From the NCBI GenBank assembly GCA_902600225.1, contig CACKIH010000003.1, positions 32,709 through 96,708 of the forward strand: 64,000 bases of DNA, written 5' to 3'. Of the stretch, positions 38,328 through 48,615 are shown in pieces. The position numbers and the translations under genes are program-made. The notes below the pieces were generated by a model, which saw nothing but the letters and a program-made list of their open reading frames with translations, did not search any database and was not told the DNA's origin. Position 1 is the stretch's first letter, and every line of letters begins with the position of its first letter. Origin of the DNA: an uncultured Alphaproteobacteria bacterium (GTDB lineage Bacteria > Pseudomonadota > Alphaproteobacteria > HIMB59 > GCA-002718135).

Positions 38328-38907
38328 GTCTTTTAAATATTCTGTGAAGCAACAAGAGAATAATTATTCCCATATAAATGACTGGTTCAGTTTTATCAGC
38401 GCGAACTAAAACATAAAAATGCATACTAGCTAGAATGGCTACTGGGTAAATTAAATAATGAATTTTCTTCCATAATTTAAAACCTAATCGTTTAATCATA
38501 TTGTTTGTTGAAGTACTAGCGAGCGGGATTAAAAAAAGAAAACTTATAAAACCAAAAGTTATAAATGGTCTTTTCATAATATCTTGTATGATAAATTGCA
38601 TATCTAAAAAATGATCTAAAACTATGTAAGTGGAAAAATGTAAACAGACATAATAAAAAGCAAAAAGTCCAATCATTCTTCGTAATACAACAATCGATTT
38701 TAAAGGTTTAATATTTGATAGAGTAGTAATCATAAGAGTTATTATTATTAATCTGAGTGCCATCAGACCTAACTCATCCATTAGTTTTTCAATTGGATTT
38801 ACTCCAAGATTCCCAGTAACAAATTGATACGCCCAGAGTAGACTAGGAAATAGAATTAAAATAAATAAGACAGGTTTACTGCGATTAAAATTTCTTGTTG
38901 AAAACAT
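38302..38907 (-). CDS. msrQ: Protein-methionine-sulfoxide reductase heme-binding subunit MsrQ (YedZ)
   Basis: 201-aa six-TM ferric-reductase-like protein directly downstream of msrP. Confidence 0.8.
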   Translation of the reverse strand: MFSTRNFNRSKPVLFILILFPSLLWAYQFVTGNLGVNPIEKLMDELGLMALRLIIITLMITTLSNIKPLKSIVVLRRMIGLFAFYYVCLHFSTYIVLDHFLDMQFIIQDIMKRPFITFGFISFLFLIPLASTSTNNMIKRLGFKLWKKIHYLIYPVAILASMHFYVLVRADKTEPVIYMGIIILLLLHRIFKRLTRPQLAQ

Positions 38908-38910
38908 TCA

Positions 38911-39828
38911 TTAATAAAATTTAGTCAAATCTAAATCTTTGTAGAGATGCGCTACTTCTTTTTCATAGCCATTAAACATAAGTGTTTCTCTTCTTTTAAA
39001 CTCTCCAATTCGTCTCTCTGTTCCTTGACTCCATCTTGGATGGTTAACATTAGGATTAACATTAGCATAAAAACCATATTCCCAAGGAGCTAAAGTTTCC
39101 CAAGATGTTTCAGGTTGTGTATCTAAAAATCTAATTTCCACAATTGATTTAATTGATTTGAAACCATACTTCCATGGAACAACTAATCTTATGGGTGCAC
39201 CATTTTGATTAGGCATTTCATGACCATACAATCCAGTTGCTAATATTGTTAAAGGATTCATTGCCTCATCCATTCGAAGCCCTTCTCTATATGGCCAAAT
39301 GATTGTTCTCTTTTGCTGACCTGGCATTTCTTCCGGCCTGAATACAGTTACAAATTGAACATACTTAGCAGAGCTTAAAGGTTCGGCCATTTTTATAAGT
39401 TCAGATAACTGAAAACCTTGCCAAGGAATAACCATGGACCATGCTTCAACACATCTTAATCTATAAACCCTATCTTCTATTGTTACATTTGATAAAATTT
39501 TTTCTAAGTCAAATGTTTGAGGCTTTTTCACAAGACCATCTATTTTTATTGTCCATGGCCTAGGTTTAAAATTTCCAGAATTTAAATGGGGATGTTTTTT
39601 ATGAGTCCCAAACTCATAAAAATTATTGTACGTTGTGATTTCTTCGTAAGAATTAAGTTTGTCGTTTTCATTTAGATTTTTAGTATAAATTGAAAGATCA
39701 CTATCGTGGTTTGCAAATACTGATGAGGTAACCGTTGCTAGCATGGCGCTAGCTAAAGATCCCTTTATAAACTTACGTCTGTTTAAATATGTCTTATAGG
39801 GGGTGATTTCAGATCCTAAAATTTTCAT
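38911..39828 (-). CDS. msrP: Periplasmic molybdopterin-dependent protein-methionine-sulfoxide reductase MsrP (YedY)
   Basis: Tat signal RRKFIKGS. 305 aa, YedY-sized oxidoreductase molybdopterin-binding domain (RLRCVEAWSM). Confidence 0.8.
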   Translation of the reverse strand: MKILGSEITPYKTYLNRRKFIKGSLASAMLATVTSSVFANHDSDLSIYTKNLNENDKLNSYEEITTYNNFYEFGTHKKHPHLNSGNFKPRPWTIKIDGLVKKPQTFDLEKILSNVTIEDRVYRLRCVEAWSMVIPWQGFQLSELIKMAEPLSSAKYVQFVTVFRPEEMPGQQKRTIIWPYREGLRMDEAMNPLTILATGLYGHEMPNQNGAPIRLVVPWKYGFKSIKSIVEIRFLDTQPETSWETLAPWEYGFYANVNPNVNHPRWSQGTERRIGEFKRRETLMFNGYEKEVAHLYKDLDLTKFY

Positions 39829-39879
39829 AATAATAATATATATCTTAAATATTAAAATTGAAGATTTGCTTTAATAATC

Positions 39880-40287
39880 TTAGCTTTTAAAATGGGAGTT
39901 ATATTTATTTAGTATTTTTTCTGGCCATGTACTTTTGATAAATTCAAGAATAGACCAAACATCTTCATCTGATAACGCATCATTACCAAGCATTTTACCT
40001 TCATAATCAGGATTTGATTTTTTAAAACCATATTTAATGACATGAAATAATTGTGCAGGAGAGTGGTGCCAAGTATGCCCAGTGCCATTAAGAGGAGGTG
40101 CTCTTCTATGACCATCTTCATCTAACGATTTATCCCACTCTTCATGACCTGCTAAATTACCCATATGACACCCTGCACAATTTTCAGCATATAGTTTCAT
40201 ACCTTTAAAAATATCAACTTCTGCTGCATGAATACTATGTCCAATACATAATGTTATAAGTACCGAAATTAATTTAAGGGTTTGCAT
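39880..40287 (-). CDS. Monohaem c-type cytochrome
   Basis: Signal peptide and a single CAGCH haem-binding motif. 135 aa. Confidence 0.75.
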   Translation of the reverse strand: MQTLKLISVLITLCIGHSIHAAEVDIFKGMKLYAENCAGCHMGNLAGHEEWDKSLDEDGHRRAPPLNGTGHTWHHSPAQLFHVIKYGFKKSNPDYEGKMLGNDALSDEDVWSILEFIKSTWPEKILNKYNSHFKS

Positions 40288-40354
40288 TCTATTTATATAA
40301 TTTTTAAAATTTATATTTCATTACAAATCTGTCTTTTTTTGATAGGATATATCT

Positions 40355-42145
40355 ATGAAAAAATTTCTAATCGCATTTGCCATTTTAACTTCAATAATTG
40401 CACTTAACAAACATGCGTACAGTGAAAAAGTTCACGGTATTGCAATGCATGGAACACCAAAGTATGCCAGTGATTTTGAAAATCTAGATTATGTAAACCC
40501 AAATGCACCTAAAGGTGGAACGGTAAAATTTGGATCATATGGTTCTTTTGATAATCTTAATAGAGTAGCATTTAAAGGTTCTAAAGCTGCTGGACTTGGG
40601 TATGTTAATGATACGTTAATGAGAAGAGTATGGGATGAAGCATTCTCTCTCTATGGTTTAATAGCTGAAAAAGTAGAACTGCCTGAAGATAGATCATCTA
40701 TAACTTTTTATTTAAATGCAAATGCAACCTTTCATGATGGCTCACCAATAACACGCGATGATGTATTGTTTAGTCTAGAAACATTTCAAACAAAAGGTAC
40801 TCCAAATCAGAAAAAAACATATGGCAAAGTTGTTGAAACTCAATTGATTGGAAATGATGGAATAAAAATGATTTTTGAAAATAATGAAGATAAGGAATTA
40901 CCTCTTATTATTGCAGGCTTTCTTCCAATCATTCCAAAAAAGTTTTATGAAAATCTTGATGTTACAAAAACATTTTTAGATATTCCTCTAGGCAGTGGTC
41001 CATACCAAGTTGATAGTCTCGATCCAGGACGTCAAATAAAATACAAACGCGTTGAAAATTATTGGGCAAAAGATTTACCGGTAAATAAAGGTCTCTATAA
41101 TTTTGATACAATTATTTATGATTATTACAAAGACTCAAATGTCTTAGTTGAAGCATTTAAGGTTGGTGAATACGACTTTAGAAGAGAGTACAATGTTAAA
41201 CGTTGGTTATCAGAATATGATTTCAAAGCTGTTCAGAATGGTGAGGTAATACTGACAGAAATGAATAACGATAGACCTGTTGGAATGAATGGTCTTGTGA
41301 TGAATACAAGACGTGACATATTTAATAATAGAAATGTAAGACTTGCTTTAAGTTATGCCTATGATCATGAATGGATTAATAAAACAATATATCAAAATGC
41401 GTATGTGAGAACAGATAGTTATTTTGATAATTCACCATTAGCTTCTTCAGGCTTACCGTCAAAAAATGAGTTAGAATTGTTGAATGTATGGAAAGATGAA
41501 ATTCCAGCAGAGGTATTTACGGAAACATTTACTCCACCTATTACAGATGGCAGTGGTAATGACCGTAAAAATTTATTGAAAGCAAAAGAAATACTCGAAA
41601 AAGAAGGATGGTTTGTTGAAGATGGAAAACTGGTAAAAGATGGAAAAGAATTCAAGTTTGAGTTCTTGATTGTCAGTCCATCAGATGAGAAAATTGCCTT
41701 AGCCTATCAAAGTAATTTAAAAAAACTTGGCATTACAATGGATGTAAGAACTGTTGATTCATCACAGTATCAAGAACGTTTGTTAAGTTATGATTTTGAT
41801 ATGATTAAAAGATATTGGGGAGTCAGTTTAAGCCCAGGAAATGAGCAACAATTTTATTGGGGATCAGAAGTTGGTCAAAAAGATGGAAGCAGAAATTACC
41901 CTGGTATCAATAGTCCAGCAGTTGATGCATTAATTGAAAAACTAATTAGTGCAACAAATAGAGAAGAATTAACAACAGCGATCCACGCACTTGATAGAGT
42001 ATTGTTATGGGGTCACTATGTCGTTCCTCTTTATCATAGCAACAAAGACAGAATTGCTTATTGGGATTTTTTTGAATACCCAGACGAAATTCCACTTTAC
42101 GGAATTGTAATTGAGTCTTGGTGGATTAATAAAGATAAACAATAA
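40355..42145 (+). CDS. Family-5 ABC substrate-binding protein (YejA/oligopeptide-like), orphan
   Basis: 596 aa with a signal peptide and SBP_bac_5-like organisation. No adjacent permease genes. Confidence 0.7.
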   Translation: MKKFLIAFAILTSIIALNKHAYSEKVHGIAMHGTPKYASDFENLDYVNPNAPKGGTVKFGSYGSFDNLNRVAFKGSKAAGLGYVNDTLMRRVWDEAFSLYGLIAEKVELPEDRSSITFYLNANATFHDGSPITRDDVLFSLETFQTKGTPNQKKTYGKVVETQLIGNDGIKMIFENNEDKELPLIIAGFLPIIPKKFYENLDVTKTFLDIPLGSGPYQVDSLDPGRQIKYKRVENYWAKDLPVNKGLYNFDTIIYDYYKDSNVLVEAFKVGEYDFRREYNVKRWLSEYDFKAVQNGEVILTEMNNDRPVGMNGLVMNTRRDIFNNRNVRLALSYAYDHEWINKTIYQNAYVRTDSYFDNSPLASSGLPSKNELELLNVWKDEIPAEVFTETFTPPITDGSGNDRKNLLKAKEILEKEGWFVEDGKLVKDGKEFKFEFLIVSPSDEKIALAYQSNLKKLGITMDVRTVDSSQYQERLLSYDFDMIKRYWGVSLSPGNEQQFYWGSEVGQKDGSRNYPGINSPAVDALIEKLISATNREELTTAIHALDRVLLWGHYVVPLYHSNKDRIAYWDFFEYPDEIPLYGIVIESWWINKDKQ

Positions 42146-42168
42146 AATATAAGTAATCAAATATTTTT

Positions 42169-43053
42169 ATGAGTCATACAAGAGCTAACATACTCATGTT
42201 AATTGCCTCACTTATTTGGGGCACAGCTTTTGTAAGCCAAACTACAGGAATGGGAGCGATAGGTCCATTTACTTTTAGCTTTGGAAGATTTTTTTTTGCT
42301 TTTTTAACAGTAATTCCATTTGCAATTTATCTAGAACAACAGAATATATTTAAAATATTAAGTGATAGAAAAAAAGTTTATCTTTGTTTAGCAACAGGTT
42401 TTTTTCTTTTTGGTGGTATGGGTCTTCAACAATACGCTTTACAAAAATCATTAATATCAAATGCTGCTTTTCTTAGTACTCTTTACGTTCCCTTTGTTGG
42501 TATAATTTCAAGATTCATAATTAAAAAACAGGTACACTGGATTATCTGGATTGCCATTGTACTTTGTTTGTATGGATCATATCTTTTGTCCTCTAATCAA
42601 TCAGTTGAAATTCAACAATCAGATTCACTATTGTTTATTGCAGCTTTGTTTTTTGCCTTACATATTATTTGTATCGATATTTTTATGAAGGAACTAAACA
42701 GTCCTTTTTTATTTGGAAGTATTCAGTACTTTATTGTTTTTGTTTTATCTATGATCCTAGCTTTTATGTGGGAGGAACCAAAGCTCTCCAATATGCAAAT
42801 TGAGTGGTTTGAAATTTTATACACGGGTATTTTTTCTGCTGGCATTGGATATACACTTCAAATTATTGCTCAACATAAAGCTAATCCTGCTCCTGCTGCT
42901 ATTATTTTATCAATGGAGTCAGTCTTTGCTGCAATAGCAGGTTGGATACTTTTAAATCAAGTTTTAGACACACAAAAAATACTTGGATGCCTTGCAATAT
43001 TTATTGGAGTCATTATAGTACAATTAGTACCAATAATTATTAAACAAAAATGA
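42169..43053 (+). CDS. EamA/DMT-family transporter
   Basis: 294 aa with 10 TM segments. N-terminus WGTAFV is typical of EamA repeats. Confidence 0.7.
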   Translation: MSHTRANILMLIASLIWGTAFVSQTTGMGAIGPFTFSFGRFFFAFLTVIPFAIYLEQQNIFKILSDRKKVYLCLATGFFLFGGMGLQQYALQKSLISNAAFLSTLYVPFVGIISRFIIKKQVHWIIWIAIVLCLYGSYLLSSNQSVEIQQSDSLLFIAALFFALHIICIDIFMKELNSPFLFGSIQYFIVFVLSMILAFMWEEPKLSNMQIEWFEILYTGIFSAGIGYTLQIIAQHKANPAPAAIILSMESVFAAIAGWILLNQVLDTQKILGCLAIFIGVIIVQLVPIIIKQK

Positions 43054-44024
43054 GTGATAAATTAGACGTAGTTGGAATTGGAAATGCTATGGTAGATGCC
43101 ATAATTCCTTCCAATCAAAGTGAAATTGAAAAACATGAAATTAATAGAGATTCTATGAATCTTATTGATGAAAATTTAAAAAATAATTTGCATGAAAGTT
43201 ATTCCATCAGAGAAATGGCTGGTGGAGGTTCCCTTGGTAACTCCATGTTTGGTATCACCTCTTTTGGTGGTAATGGAAGTTTTATTGGAAAAATTAAAAA
43301 TGATGAAATTGGAGTATACCTTCAAAAAGATATGATCCGGGAAGGACTAAAATTTCCATTGGGATTTACATCTCCTGATATTTCAACTGGATGTTGTACA
43401 ATTTTTGTTGAAGAAGATGGAACTAGAACAATGTGTACTTTTCTTGGTGCTGGAACATTAATAGGTCCTGAAGATATAAAAGAGGATGATATTAAAAATC
43501 ATAAAATTGCATATTTGGAAGGCTACTTGTGGGACAATGAGAATGCAAAAAAGGCTATGAAAAAAATGGTGGATATTTGCAAAGCTGATAATCAAAAAAT
43601 TGCATTTACTTTATCTGATCTTTTTTGTGTTGATAGACACAGAGATTCTTTTAAAGAATTAATAACTGAGAATGTTGATATTCTTTTTGCTAACGAAGAT
43701 GAAATCAAATCAATGGCACAAACAGAAAGTTTTGAAGAAGGTCTAGAGTATGCAAAATCATTAAATATAATTGCTGCTATTACTAAAGGAAGTAGTGGAT
43801 CAGTTATTGTTTCTGGTAATGACATCACTGAAGTTGCTGCAAAAAAAGTAGAAAAAGTTGTAGATACAACTGGAGCTGGAGATTTATTTGCAGCTGGTTT
43901 TTTATTTGGTTATTCTAAAGGTAAAGCAATGGATGAATGCGGTAATTACGCATCAATTGCTGCCGCAGAAATTATTTCTCATTATGGTGCAAGACCTTTA
44001 GTAAAATTATCTAGTTTAATTTAG
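43050..44024 (+). CDS. PfkB-family kinase, adenosine-kinase-like
   Basis: PfkB signature DTTGAGDLFAAGFL. Convergent with adenosine deaminase. Confidence 0.7.
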   Translation: MSDKLDVVGIGNAMVDAIIPSNQSEIEKHEINRDSMNLIDENLKNNLHESYSIREMAGGGSLGNSMFGITSFGGNGSFIGKIKNDEIGVYLQKDMIREGLKFPLGFTSPDISTGCCTIFVEEDGTRTMCTFLGAGTLIGPEDIKEDDIKNHKIAYLEGYLWDNENAKKAMKKMVDICKADNQKIAFTLSDLFCVDRHRDSFKELITENVDILFANEDEIKSMAQTESFEEGLEYAKSLNIIAAITKGSSGSVIVSGNDITEVAAKKVEKVVDTTGAGDLFAAGFLFGYSKGKAMDECGNYASIAAAEIISHYGARPLVKLSSLI

Positions 44025-44991
44025 CTAATAATTTATTTTTATTTTCATCATCGCAAAAAGAATATTTTATAGCGTTATGAGTAAGGGAATTTAGCTCCTT
44101 TTCATTTAAACCTAAATCTTCCATGACTTTGTATTCACCGTTTATCGTTGCATTAAAAAAAGGAGGGTCATCCGAATTGACTGTTACTTTTACCCCTTGA
44201 TCAAATAATGTTTTCACAGGATGATCTACATAATCTTTATAAATTTTAGTTGCAATATTACTTGTTGGACAAGTTTCTAGAATAATATCTTTATCAATTA
44301 TTTCTTTGACTAAATCAGGATCCTCTATTGATCGAACACCATGGCCTAATCTTGTTGGATGCAGAAGGTTAATAGCATTCCTTATATTTACAGGACCATC
44401 CCATTCACCTGCATGAACCGTAATTGGAAAATTTTCTTTTTTTAACATATCAAATGTTTCAACAAATAAATTTGGTGGAAAATGAAGCTCATCCCCAGCC
44501 AAACCAAAACCAACTAAACAAGGATGAGGATTATTTAAAACTTCCTCTGCAGTTCCTTGTACTGACTCTGGCCCTAAATGTCTGATCCCATTCATTATAT
44601 AACGTGAAACAATTCCGAAATCCTCTTCAGCTTTTTTAGAAGCTTCATAAACTCCTTCAATAAAAGAATGATAAGTCATGCCTTTTTCTTTAGCATGAGT
44701 TGAGGAAATCATCGCTTCGACATAAAGAACATTGTTAGCTGCACAATCTTTTAAATATTCATACGTTAATTCAAAATAATCTTCTGGTGTATGTATAACA
44801 GAAGTAACAATGTCATATTTTTTTATAAAATCATAAAAATCATCCCATTGGTATGCGTACTTTGAACCAAACATTTCTTCAGCTATTTCATAGTTGTTTC
44901 GTTTGGCAAATTTTTTACATAAAGTTGGCGTTATAGTTGCCTCTAAATGAACATGGATTTCTGCTTTTTTGACTGAATTAAAAATATTCAT
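44011..44991 (-). CDS. add: Adenosine deaminase
   Basis: Metal-binding motifs EIHVHLEA, TVHAGE and NSDDPPFF. Confidence 0.85.
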   Translation of the reverse strand: MNIFNSVKKAEIHVHLEATITPTLCKKFAKRNNYEIAEEMFGSKYAYQWDDFYDFIKKYDIVTSVIHTPEDYFELTYEYLKDCAANNVLYVEAMISSTHAKEKGMTYHSFIEGVYEASKKAEEDFGIVSRYIMNGIRHLGPESVQGTAEEVLNNPHPCLVGFGLAGDELHFPPNLFVETFDMLKKENFPITVHAGEWDGPVNIRNAINLLHPTRLGHGVRSIEDPDLVKEIIDKDIILETCPTSNIATKIYKDYVDHPVKTLFDQGVKVTVNSDDPPFFNATINGEYKVMEDLGLNEKELNSLTHNAIKYSFCDDENKNKLLAKLN

Positions 44992-45019
44992 ATAAAAAAA
45001 ATACCTATATAATAATAAT

Positions 45020-45931
45020 ATGGAAGCAAGAATAAACAGAAGAAGCTTTGTTTTTGGCGCTAGTTGCTCTTTATGTGGTTCTGTGATTTTACCTTCTTGT
45101 ACACAAGTACCGTTAACAAATCGAAGTCAGTTAAATTTATATGATAGCAACCTACCTATAATTTTAATGGGTGGTGGTGTTCTTGGCACTCCTAAAATTT
45201 ATCCTAATGAAAGATCTCTAAATCAAGAAGTTGAAAAAACATATTCAAGATTTTTATCTAAAGCTAAAGAAGATAAAATTCTTTTAGATAACACAAATGA
45301 ATCAAAAAAAATTGAAGAAATAGGAAAAGAAATTTATACCTCTCTGGATACGTATTATCTTAATAAGCGTGAAAAAAATCCTGCTGGAAATTTTAATTGG
45401 CAGTTCGCTCTTATAGATTCAGAAACAAAAAATGCTTGGTGTATGCCAGGGGGCAAAATCGCTTTTTATACAGGTATACTTCCTATATGTAAAAATGATG
45501 ATGGTATTGCAGCAGTCATGGGACATGAAATTGCTCATGCATTTGCAAGACATACTGTAGAAAAATTAACTCAAGCTTCTATGATACAAATGGCAACCAT
45601 TGGAATATCACGAAGTAGGTATGCAGAACTTCTCAATAAGTCTTTTAGAGTAGGTAATGTAGGTGGTAATGTTTACAACTCAGTTGTTAAATATGGAATC
45701 TTTCTTCCTTTTAGCAGAAAAATGGAAAGTGAAGCAGATTATTTAGGAATGGGTTTTATGAATCTTGCGGGATTTAATATTAAGGAGCCTGCCAGACTAT
45801 GGCAAAGAATGATGGCAGATCAAGAAGGAAGAATGCCCGAATTTATGGGATCACATCCAAGTCCTGATAATAGATCTAAAAAGTTTATTGAATGGGAAAG
45901 TGAAATTGTAGATAAATTTCCCCAAGTTTAA
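45020..45931 (+). CDS. M48-family zinc metalloprotease (secreted/lipoprotein)
   Basis: HEIAHAFARH (HExxH) plus a downstream ESEADYLG motif. N-terminal signal or lipobox region. Confidence 0.8.
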   Translation: MEARINRRSFVFGASCSLCGSVILPSCTQVPLTNRSQLNLYDSNLPIILMGGGVLGTPKIYPNERSLNQEVEKTYSRFLSKAKEDKILLDNTNESKKIEEIGKEIYTSLDTYYLNKREKNPAGNFNWQFALIDSETKNAWCMPGGKIAFYTGILPICKNDDGIAAVMGHEIAHAFARHTVEKLTQASMIQMATIGISRSRYAELLNKSFRVGNVGGNVYNSVVKYGIFLPFSRKMESEADYLGMGFMNLAGFNIKEPARLWQRMMADQEGRMPEFMGSHPSPDNRSKKFIEWESEIVDKFPQV

Positions 45932-45952
45932 TTTTAGTGTAATAGGTATTTT

Positions 45953-46999
45953 ATGATTGCTGTTGAAGTTAAAGATCTTACTCACTCTATTAATAATAAA
46001 AAAATTTTAAATAATATTAATTTTAATCTCAATAAAGATAGTATCTCTTGTATTTTGGGACCGTCAGGTAGTGGAAAAACTACTTTATTAAAGCTCATAG
46101 CAGGTCTTGAAAAAGTACAGTCAGGTAAAATTATTATTAATGGTGAAGAAGTAAGTAGTATTGCAAAACACTTACCTACAGAAAAAAGAAAAATTGGTTT
46201 TTTATTTCAAGATTACGCTTTATTCCCACATTTGACAGTAAAAGAAAATTTGAGATTTCCAACTAATGTAAAAAATTCAACTAATAATGTTGATGAAATT
46301 ATTGAATTAATTAAATTACCAAATTCACTAGATAAATATCCACACGAGTTAAGTGGTGGTGAACAACAGAGAGTTGCTCTTGCACGATCTATAATTTCAC
46401 AACCCGATTTACTTTTATTAGATGAGCCTTTTTCAAGTTTGGATTTAAGTCTTCGAGAAGAGGTGCGGGATGATACGCTGCATCTTTTACAAAAATCAAA
46501 TGTGTCTGTAATTATAGTCACTCATGATCCTTTTGAAGCAATGTTTATCTCAAATCATATAAATATTTTTGATAAATCAGGTTCGATTGTGCAATCAGGA
46601 ACTCCAAATGATCTCTATAACAATCCAAAAAATTCATATGTTACAGGTTTTTTTGGTGAAACAAATAAATTTGAAGGTGTTGTTAAAGAATCACACATTC
46701 ACACACCGGTTGGAAAAATTAAAACACCTAGAAATTTAGAAGGTGAAAAAGTTGTAGTACACATAAGACCTCAAGGCGTAAAACTCAACAAACAACCAAC
46801 ACCAGTTAATGGAATTAAGGGAACCGTTATGGCATCAAAATTAATGGGGTCATTTAGTTTTATCCATTTATCTGTGTTAGATAATAATAATGAAGTTGTT
46901 CATGTTCATAGCCACATGCCTGCTGACTTTAATCCAAAACAATCATCTGCAGTGGAGATAGAAATTGATAATGATCAGGCTTACATATTTAAGAATTAA
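45953..46999 (+). CDS. fbpC: Fe3+/polyamine-type ABC transporter ATP-binding protein
   Basis: Walker A GPSGSGKTT and signature LSGGEQQR, with a TOBE-like C-terminus. Convergent with the fbpB-fbpA genes. Confidence 0.65.
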   Translation: MIAVEVKDLTHSINNKKILNNINFNLNKDSISCILGPSGSGKTTLLKLIAGLEKVQSGKIIINGEEVSSIAKHLPTEKRKIGFLFQDYALFPHLTVKENLRFPTNVKNSTNNVDEIIELIKLPNSLDKYPHELSGGEQQRVALARSIISQPDLLLLDEPFSSLDLSLREEVRDDTLHLLQKSNVSVIIVTHDPFEAMFISNHINIFDKSGSIVQSGTPNDLYNNPKNSYVTGFFGETNKFEGVVKESHIHTPVGKIKTPRNLEGEKVVVHIRPQGVKLNKQPTPVNGIKGTVMASKLMGSFSFIHLSVLDNNNEVVHVHSHMPADFNPKQSSAVEIEIDNDQAYIFKN

Positions 47000-47002
47000 G
47001 TT

Positions 47003-48598
47003 TTAGTTTTTTATTGATTTAGTTATTGTTCTGTTAAGAAAAATTACCGGTCCTAATCCAGCAATAACAATAATTAGAGCTGCAAATGCTGACTCCTCCA
47101 ACATTTCATCAGAGGCATATTGATAAACATAGGTTGCTAGTGTCTCAAAATTAAATGGTCTTAATAAAAGAGTTATTGGAAGTTCTTTTAAGATGTCTAC
47201 AAAAACTAATATTCCTCCAACTAATAAATTTGTATACAGCAAGGGTAATATAATTTTTCTTATGCTTTTGAAAAAACTCACGCCCATTGTTCTTGATGCG
47301 TCTAATAAGTTTGGATGAATTCTTGAAATACCTGATGTAATAGCTCCATTGCCAACAGCTAAAAATCTAATACTATACGCAAATAATAAAATTATAAATC
47401 CACCAACAGCATAACTCATACGAAAATAAATTAAATCATTAAGCCACCCGACAAATACCACTATTCCAACAGCAAGAATTGTTCCTGGAAAAGCGTAACC
47501 AGAAGAAGCAAAAAATATTAAAATTTTTTGGAAATTATTTGATTTATATGCTCCAACTATAATCATTAATAAGGAGAGCAACATAATGAATGATGAAGAA
47601 ATAAATGCTAAAGATATGCTTGATAGTGTTATTTGAAAAATTTCAATAAAATTTATTATAGAATAACCTTTAATTACAAAATTCAATAAAATTGAAACAG
47701 GTATTATAAAACCAAGACTTAAAGGTATTAGACAAATTAAAAACAATAGTGAATTTTTAATACCAGAAACTGTTTGGGTTGGTGTATAAGATGCGCCACT
47801 GTACTTTTCATGAAATTTTCTGCTACGCCTACCCAAATACTCTAAAGTTAAAAGTACTATAACAATCATAAATAAAATACTAGAAATCTGTGATGCGCCA
47901 GATAGACTATTCATTCCTAGCCAAACATTAAATACACCTAAGGTTAATGTTTCAATTGCAAAATAATCAACTGTCCCAAAATCAGAAATTGTTTCCATCA
48001 GTACTAAGGCCAAACCAGCAATTATACCTGGACGACCAAATGGAATAGCAACATTGAAGAAGGAATTCCTTCCGTAAATAGAACTAGTTTGAAAAAAAGA
48101 TATAGGTGTCGTTATAAATGATGCTCTAGTCATTAAATATACATATGGATACAATACAGAAGACATTACCAAAATTGCACCTCCCATTGATCGCACATTT
48201 GGAAACCAGTAATCTTTCGAGCTCGTCCAACCAAATATGTCTCTTAACAATGATTGAAGAGGACCAGCATATTCAAAAAAGTCGGTATAAGTATAGGCAA
48301 TAATATACGCTGGGACAGCAGCTGGTAATAATAACATCCATTCAAAAAATTTTTTCCCAAAAAAATTATATCTTGTCACTATCCAAGCAGTAGTCAAACC
48401 AAAGACTAAACTTAATCCTCCAACACCAAACATTAGAATTATTGTATTGGTAAAATATCTGGGTAAAACAGTAGAAAATAGATGTGGCCATAGTGATGTA
48501 TCGCCTAAGATCGCGTAATAAAATATTGAAAAAATAGGGGCGATAATTATTAAAGCAATTATCGCCACAGAATTGGACCATAAATTAAAATTTATCAA
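47003..48598 (-). CDS. fbpB: Fe3+ ABC transporter permease (fused two-module)
   Basis: 531-aa duplicated permease downstream of the Fe3+-binding protein gene. Confidence 0.75.
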   Translation of the reverse strand: MINFNLWSNSVAIIALIIIAPIFSIFYYAILGDTSLWPHLFSTVLPRYFTNTIILMFGVGGLSLVFGLTTAWIVTRYNFFGKKFFEWMLLLPAAVPAYIIAYTYTDFFEYAGPLQSLLRDIFGWTSSKDYWFPNVRSMGGAILVMSSVLYPYVYLMTRASFITTPISFFQTSSIYGRNSFFNVAIPFGRPGIIAGLALVLMETISDFGTVDYFAIETLTLGVFNVWLGMNSLSGASQISSILFMIVIVLLTLEYLGRRSRKFHEKYSGASYTPTQTVSGIKNSLLFLICLIPLSLGFIIPVSILLNFVIKGYSIINFIEIFQITLSSISLAFISSSFIMLLSLLMIIVGAYKSNNFQKILIFFASSGYAFPGTILAVGIVVFVGWLNDLIYFRMSYAVGGFIILLFAYSIRFLAVGNGAITSGISRIHPNLLDASRTMGVSFFKSIRKIILPLLYTNLLVGGILVFVDILKELPITLLLRPFNFETLATYVYQYASDEMLEESAFAALIIVIAGLGPVIFLNRTITKSIKN

Positions 48599-48615
48599 AA
48601 CAGTTAACCTATAAT

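Noticed and set aside
40306-40328. A single exact TTGTAAT half-site upstream of the cytochrome c gene. A similar weak match lies at 22388-22420, upstream of the PhnZ-like gene.
   Set aside because: Only one good hexamer is present in each case, and the second phased unit is poor. The sites lie too close to the start codons to leave room for a -10 element and a leader.
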